A DNA stretch of 64,000 nucleotides from Chloroflexota bacterium. Lineage in GTDB: Bacteria; Chloroflexota; Dehalococcoidia; UBA2979. How positions within the stretch are numbered: position 1 is the first letter of the stretch; the number at the start of each line of letters is the position of its first letter. The notes below the pieces were generated by a model, which saw only the letters and a list, made by a program, of their open reading frames with translations, made no database searches and was not told the DNA's origin. A program made the position numbers and the translations under genes. This document shows positions 59,544 through 64,000 of this stretch, piece after piece. Location: the NCBI GenBank assembly GCA_027593235.1, contig JAQCIU010000011.1, positions 29,775-93,774 of the forward strand, written 5' to 3'.

Positions 59544-59864
59544 GGGTCGTTGACCCCTCTTGTTCCCTCCGGGCCACCCCCACCAGCTCCGCTCCCCGAT
59601 CACGCCCTGAGCTGAGTTCGCCGCATCTCGCCTGAACCCCAAATCACCCCGAACCCCGCCGCACCCCTGCCGACCAAGGACTCCGTTCCGACTCCCCCCT
59701 CCCACCGCGCAACGCCGAAGCGCGCTCTAGCCGTCGAACCAGACGAACCCCGCTCGCCCGCTCCGCCCGCCGTTCCCCGTCGCACAACGACCAAGCGCGG
59801 CGAGGCTCTCGAATCAAGCGACTCCCCCGCTTGCTCGTCCCCCGCCAACCACTCGCCGTCCTCG

Positions 59865-60110
59865 AACGAACCGCGCCCGGGGCATCCTGCCCCGGTAAGC
59901 CGAGCGCCCCTCGATCCACCCCCACACCAACACGCGCCAGCCCCACCCGCCGCCACCGAGCCCCCGCAACCACCGAGAAGCACCCGGCTTTGGAGGGGGT
60001 CCGGGGGACGCGCTCGTCCCCCCGGCGGGGGTGTCGGGGGCAAGCGCCCCCGACGAACGAACCGCAGCTAGAAGCCCGCTCGCAGCGCAAACGAATGTCG
60101 CCGACCTCGA
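59865..60110. repeat. Multi-hairpin intergenic repeat, copy 3
   Basis: Same blocks as copies 1 and 2, same orientation. Confidence 0.88.
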
Positions 60111-60218
60111 GGTCCGCCTATCTAGATCCGCCGCCGCACCACCCAGGACCAGTTACGATTCCCGACGACCACCCGCCATAGGTCCCTCAAACGGGCCAAG
60201 CAACCACCGAGGCCCGAC

Positions 60219-60719
60219 ATGTCCTTCCTCACTCCAGATCAAGCATCGCTCGCAGAAGAAATCGCCACCCTCCTCACAACAAGAGGCGAAAAGGTAGCCG
60301 TAGCCGAATCCAGCGCCGGCGGCCTCATCTCCGCCGCCCTTCTCCAAGTCCCAGGCGCATCCCGCTACTACGCCGGCGGAGGCGTCGTCTACACCTTGGC
60401 GTCGAGAACCCAACTCGCCGGCTCAGACCCATCCCTCTACGAAAACTACCGAGGCACCACCCCAGAAATGCTCGCCTCGCTCGCCGAATCAATGCGCACC
60501 CGCCTCGGCGCCGACTGGTGCATCGCAGAATCCGGCATGGCCGGCCCCACCGGCAGCACCCGATCGAAAGCCCCCATCGGCCGCACCGCCGTCGCCGTCG
60601 TCGGCCCCGTCGCAAAAACCGAAATCCAGGAAACCGGCCTCACCGACCGCGCAGAAAACATGAGCGAATTCACCACCATCGCCCTCCGCTTCCTCCGCGA
60701 CGCCATCGCCGAGGCATAG
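60219..60719 (+). CDS. CinA C-terminal/PncC-family protein
   Basis: VAVAESSAGGLI, PGASRYY.GG.VVY, SGMAGPTG. Confidence 0.88.
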   Translation: MSFLTPDQASLAEEIATLLTTRGEKVAVAESSAGGLISAALLQVPGASRYYAGGGVVYTLASRTQLAGSDPSLYENYRGTTPEMLASLAESMRTRLGADWCIAESGMAGPTGSTRSKAPIGRTAVAVVGPVAKTEIQETGLTDRAENMSEFTTIALRFLRDAIAEA

Positions 60720-60846
60720 CGAAGCCACCGAGGCCTGACGAGCAGGGGCCGGCAGCCGCTGTCCGCGTCCGCTATCCGGCGCGCCAGCAAGCTGAAATAA
60801 CGATCGATCGCGGAGCCGCTTCAGCGGAGGCGAAGCCACCAAAGAG

Positions 60847-61245
60847 TCACGAAGTGACCTTGCGGGCGAGGCGGCCGAGGAATCGCTCGCGGTCAACCAC
60901 GAACCGCTGGTGCGTCCCGTTCCCAACCTCTTCGGCCTCGTCCGCCGCCGTCCACGTGAAGTCATAGCGAGGCGCCTCGGCAGCCTCCAGCTTCACCGTG
61001 ACCGTGACCTGCTTCCCGCCCGGCGTCGCCGCCGTGTGATTGATCACGATCTGCGTGCCAACGCTCATCTGCCCGTCCTCGACGAATCCATGCAGCCAGT
61101 CCGCCGCCGTCTTCTCGACGAGCGCCCCCAGCGACGGCGTACTGAACACATCCGGCGTCCCCACCACCATCGCGCTCGCGTAATGCTCCGGCGCAACCGT
61201 CACGCTGCCCTGCACCTCATCGCCAACCGTCGGCCCGTCCGCCAT
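60847..61245 (-). CDS. Hotdog-fold thioesterase (FlK-like)
   Basis: VFSTP...LVE, SVGT.I.INHTAATP, G.HQRFVVD. Confidence 0.85.
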   Translation of the reverse strand: MADGPTVGDEVQGSVTVAPEHYASAMVVGTPDVFSTPSLGALVEKTAADWLHGFVEDGQMSVGTQIVINHTAATPGGKQVTVTVKLEAAEAPRYDFTWTAADEAEEVGNGTHQRFVVDRERFLGRLARKVTS

Positions 61246-61293
61246 CACGCACTCCTTCGAATCCCCACGAGTTCCAGCAGGCCGCAACCCTAG

Positions 61294-61388
61294 CAGCGCG
61301 CGAGCGCTCCCAGCGCCCCCAGCGCGTGAGCGCTCCCAGCGCCCCCAGCGCGTGAGCGCTCCCAGCGCGTGATCGCCCTCAGCGCGTG
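61294..61388. repeat. Short 26-bp tandem repeat
   Basis: CAGCGCGTGAGCGCTCCCAGCGCCCC-type units, about 3 copies, no spacers. Confidence 0.75.
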
Positions 61389-61426
61389 TGTGCTTGAGGT
61401 CGGCAAGGCATTCGGTGTGGTTCTGC

Positions 61427-62260
61427 TTAGCTGAGCGGCGCTGCGTTCGGCGCCGGCGGCGCCGTACCGCTCGGCGACGTCTCCGGCCGAATCCAGCCGC
61501 CCACAATCCCCGCGTAATACCCGCCGTCCACCGTGATCTCCACCCCGTTCAGCCAGGCGCAGTCGCCGACCGCCAGGAACTCGACCACCTCCGCCACCTC
61601 TTCCGGCGTCCCCGTCCGCCCGATCTGCTGCCCGATCCAGTCGTACATCTCCGACCCGATCAGCCCCCGGAACTCCGCCGTCAGCCGCGTCTCCACCGCT
61701 CCCGGGTTCACGCAGTTCACCCGCACCCCGTGCTCAACGTGGAGCTGCGCCGCGCGGTACGTGTACGCCGCCGCGCACTGCTTCGAGAACTTGTACGGGT
61801 TGTCGCTCCACAACGAGGCGTGCTCGTCCAGCCAGCTCAGCCCACTCGCGAAGTCGGGGGTATCCAGCAGCCCGCGCACCGGCTCCGCGTTCATTGGCCA
61901 GTCGCGCCCCGCGCTCGACGCCACATTCACGATCGTCCCGCCCGACGCGATCCGCGGCGTGAACGCCTCCGTGATGTACCGCAACCCCAGGAAGTTGACC
62001 GCGATCACACCGGACATCGGCTCCGCACTCGCGATCCCCGCCACGTTGATCAGCGAGCCCGCCAGCGCCGGCAGCTTCGCCAGCGCCGAATCGATCGAGT
62101 CAGGGTCGCCGAGATCGCAGCGCACGAAGTCGACGCTCTCCGCCGGGGCCGGCTCCCGCACATCCAGGATCACCACGCGGTGCCCGTGCTCCACCAGCCG
62201 CGTCGCCGTCGCCGCGCCGATCCCCGTCGCGCCGCCCGTGATCACCACCAGTTCGCCCAT
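61427..62260 (-). CDS. SDR oxidoreductase (coniferyl-alcohol dehydrogenase/HSD-like)
   Basis: TGGATGIG, NVAG, YKFSK, VRVNCVNPG, ITVDGG. Confidence 0.9.
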   Translation of the reverse strand: MGELVVITGGATGIGAATATRLVEHGHRVVILDVREPAPAESVDFVRCDLGDPDSIDSALAKLPALAGSLINVAGIASAEPMSGVIAVNFLGLRYITEAFTPRIASGGTIVNVASSAGRDWPMNAEPVRGLLDTPDFASGLSWLDEHASLWSDNPYKFSKQCAAAYTYRAAQLHVEHGVRVNCVNPGAVETRLTAEFRGLIGSEMYDWIGQQIGRTGTPEEVAEVVEFLAVGDCAWLNGVEITVDGGYYAGIVGGWIRPETSPSGTAPPAPNAAPLS

Positions 62261-62354
62261 GGTCCATCCCGTTGTGGCGACCGCGTGCGGCGCTCACTAC
62301 GCTAGCCCGACTGTCCGGATGCTCCCAGACGATCCGGATACTACGGAGGCCAGC

Positions 62355-63878
62355 GTGACGGAACCAGCAGATCGCCCAGCAGCAAGCCCGGCCGATCTCG
62401 ACGCCGTCGAGGCGCGCCGCCTCATCGCCGCCGCCGAACTCTCCCCCGTCGAACTCCTCGAGTCCTGCATCGCCCGCATCGAACTCGTCGACCCCGCGCT
62501 CAACGCGATGATCACGAGGTCCTTCGACCGCGCCCGCACCGAAGCGAAAGCCGCCGAGACCGCCGTCCGCGACGCCCGTCGAACCGGCGCCCTGCTCGGC
62601 CCACTCCACGGTCTCCCCGTCGCCATCAAAGACATCCAGGCCACCGAGGGCATTCGCACCACCTACGGCAGCCCCGACTTCGCGGACAACGTCCCGACCG
62701 AGGACGACGGCATCGTCGAGCGCGTCCGCGCCGCTGGCGGCGTCGTCATCGGCAAGACCAACGTCCCCGAGCGCTCCATCGGCGCCAACACCGTCAACCG
62801 CCTCTTCGGCGCCACCGGCAACCCCTTCGACGTCGACCTCACCTGTGGCGGATCCTCCGGCGGATCCGCCGTCGCCGTCGCCACCGGCATGGCGGCGCTC
62901 GCCACCGGCTCCGACCACGGCGGCAGCCTCCGCATCCCCGCCTGCTACTCCGGCGTCGTCGGCATCCGCGCCACCCCCGGCGTCGTCCCCAACGAACAGC
63001 GCACCATCACCCAGACCAACTACAGCGTGAAGGGCCCCATCGGCCGCACCGTCGCCGACGCCGCCCTCCTCCTCTCCGCCATCACCGAGCGCACCCCCCG
63101 CACCCGCAACGACCCGATGGCATTCCCTCTCGATGCCGCATCATTCCGTGCCTGCCGCGCTGCCGACCTCGGATCGCTCCGCGTCGCCATCACCCCCGAC
63201 CTCGGCGGCGTCCTCGTCTCCGACTCAATCCGCCGCACCTTCGCCGCCCGCATGACTCATCTAAAACCTCATGTCTCCAGAATGGATCCGCACCCGATCG
63301 ATCTGACCGAAGCCCCCGACGTCGACTGGCACCTCCGCCAGGACGTCTTCGTCACCCAGTACTCCGACGAAGCCGCCAACTGGGACGAGGGCTTCAACCC
63401 CAACGTCCGCGCCACCTACGACTCCGCGCTGAAGACCCCGATGGACGCCATCGCCCGCGCCCGCCGCACCCAGATGCGCCTCTACCAGCAGTTCGCCGCC
63501 ATCTTCGAGGACTACGACGTCGTCATCTGCCCCGGCGTCAGCGTCCCGCCGTTCCCCTGGAAGCACCTCAACCCGCAGACCGTCGACGGCCACCCCGTCG
63601 AGAACTACATGGCCTGGCTCGCCCTCACGGCCTCCATCACCGTCGTCGGCCACCCCGTCGTCGCGCTCCCGTGTGGCCTCGACGAACAGGGCACGCCGTT
63701 CGGCATCCAGGTCATCGGCCGAGCCTTCGGGGAGTTGGATCTGCTGGCGTCCGCAATGGCGATCGAATCGGACTTCGCCGCCGACCCGCTGCTCGCACGC
63801 CCGCGCCCCAACATCGACGCGCTCGCCACCGCGGAGTCGACCTGCCGCACCGAGGGCCTCGAGGTGCAGTCGCGCTAG
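62355..63878 (+). CDS. Amidase signature family protein
   Basis: GPLHGLPVAIKD, GKTNVPE, GGSSGGS, GSDHGGSLRIP; GTG start after GGAGG. Confidence 0.95.
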   Translation: MTEPADRPAASPADLDAVEARRLIAAAELSPVELLESCIARIELVDPALNAMITRSFDRARTEAKAAETAVRDARRTGALLGPLHGLPVAIKDIQATEGIRTTYGSPDFADNVPTEDDGIVERVRAAGGVVIGKTNVPERSIGANTVNRLFGATGNPFDVDLTCGGSSGGSAVAVATGMAALATGSDHGGSLRIPACYSGVVGIRATPGVVPNEQRTITQTNYSVKGPIGRTVADAALLLSAITERTPRTRNDPMAFPLDAASFRACRAADLGSLRVAITPDLGGVLVSDSIRRTFAARMTHLKPHVSRMDPHPIDLTEAPDVDWHLRQDVFVTQYSDEAANWDEGFNPNVRATYDSALKTPMDAIARARRTQMRLYQQFAAIFEDYDVVICPGVSVPPFPWKHLNPQTVDGHPVENYMAWLALTASITVVGHPVVALPCGLDEQGTPFGIQVIGRAFGELDLLASAMAIESDFAADPLLARPRPNIDALATAESTCRTEGLEVQSR

Positions 63879-64000
63879 CGAGGTGCCACGCCCTTCGCGC
63901 GGGCGGCGGGCCGGGCGGCGCGCGGGCGGCGCCTAGGTGACTGGTGTCAATCGAGGGCGGGCACCCTCTCGCCGCGGGGTAACCGGCGGTCCGAGCCGAG

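Noticed and set aside
57717-59705. 662-aa minus-strand and 457-aa plus-strand ORFs across the repeats
   Set aside because: Low-complexity G/R/P-rich shadows of C-rich repeats and of the yajQ antisense strand; no protein motifs
61294-61388. Possible CRISPR array
   Set aside because: Contiguous tandem units with no unique spacers and no cas genes
61533-62354. N-terminal extension making a 781-aa amidase
   Set aside because: The extension is the antisense of the SDR gene; a good SD and GTG are at 62355

Overview
High-GC (roughly 70%) bacterial sequence, probably from a metagenome or single-cell assembly. The gene content (LLM monooxygenases, CoA-transferase III, SDRs, monomeric IDH, MCPs) would fit Chloroflexota/Dehalococcoidia or an actinobacterium-like lineage, but taxonomy cannot be proven here. 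It is mostly ordinary metabolic and housekeeping genes (icd, pheS, yajQ, corA, DEAD-box helicase, an organosulfur-type monooxygenase operon, an imelysin/di-heme iron module). Two signalling modules stand out. (1) A soluble chemoreceptor (MCP) signalling domain fused to a complete corrinoid-protein module (DxHxxG), followed by a UroD/MtaA-fold protein that lacks the usual zinc ligands: a candidate cobalamin/methyl-sensing chemosensory system. (2) A co-oriented trio of an apparently dead hybrid histidine kinase, a membrane-anchored RTX-like repeat protein and a degenerate ECF-sigma-like protein. Also present: five paralogous GNAT-like proteins, two families of structured intergenic repeats, a probable Rrf2/IscR-type operator, three in-frame TAG codons inside otherwise intact genes, at least two abrupt gene-to-gene junctions, a 5'-truncated IS256 and a strong G/C skew flip. 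No rRNA, tRNA or CRISPR array was recognised. All calls come from reading motifs by eye; no database searches were run.
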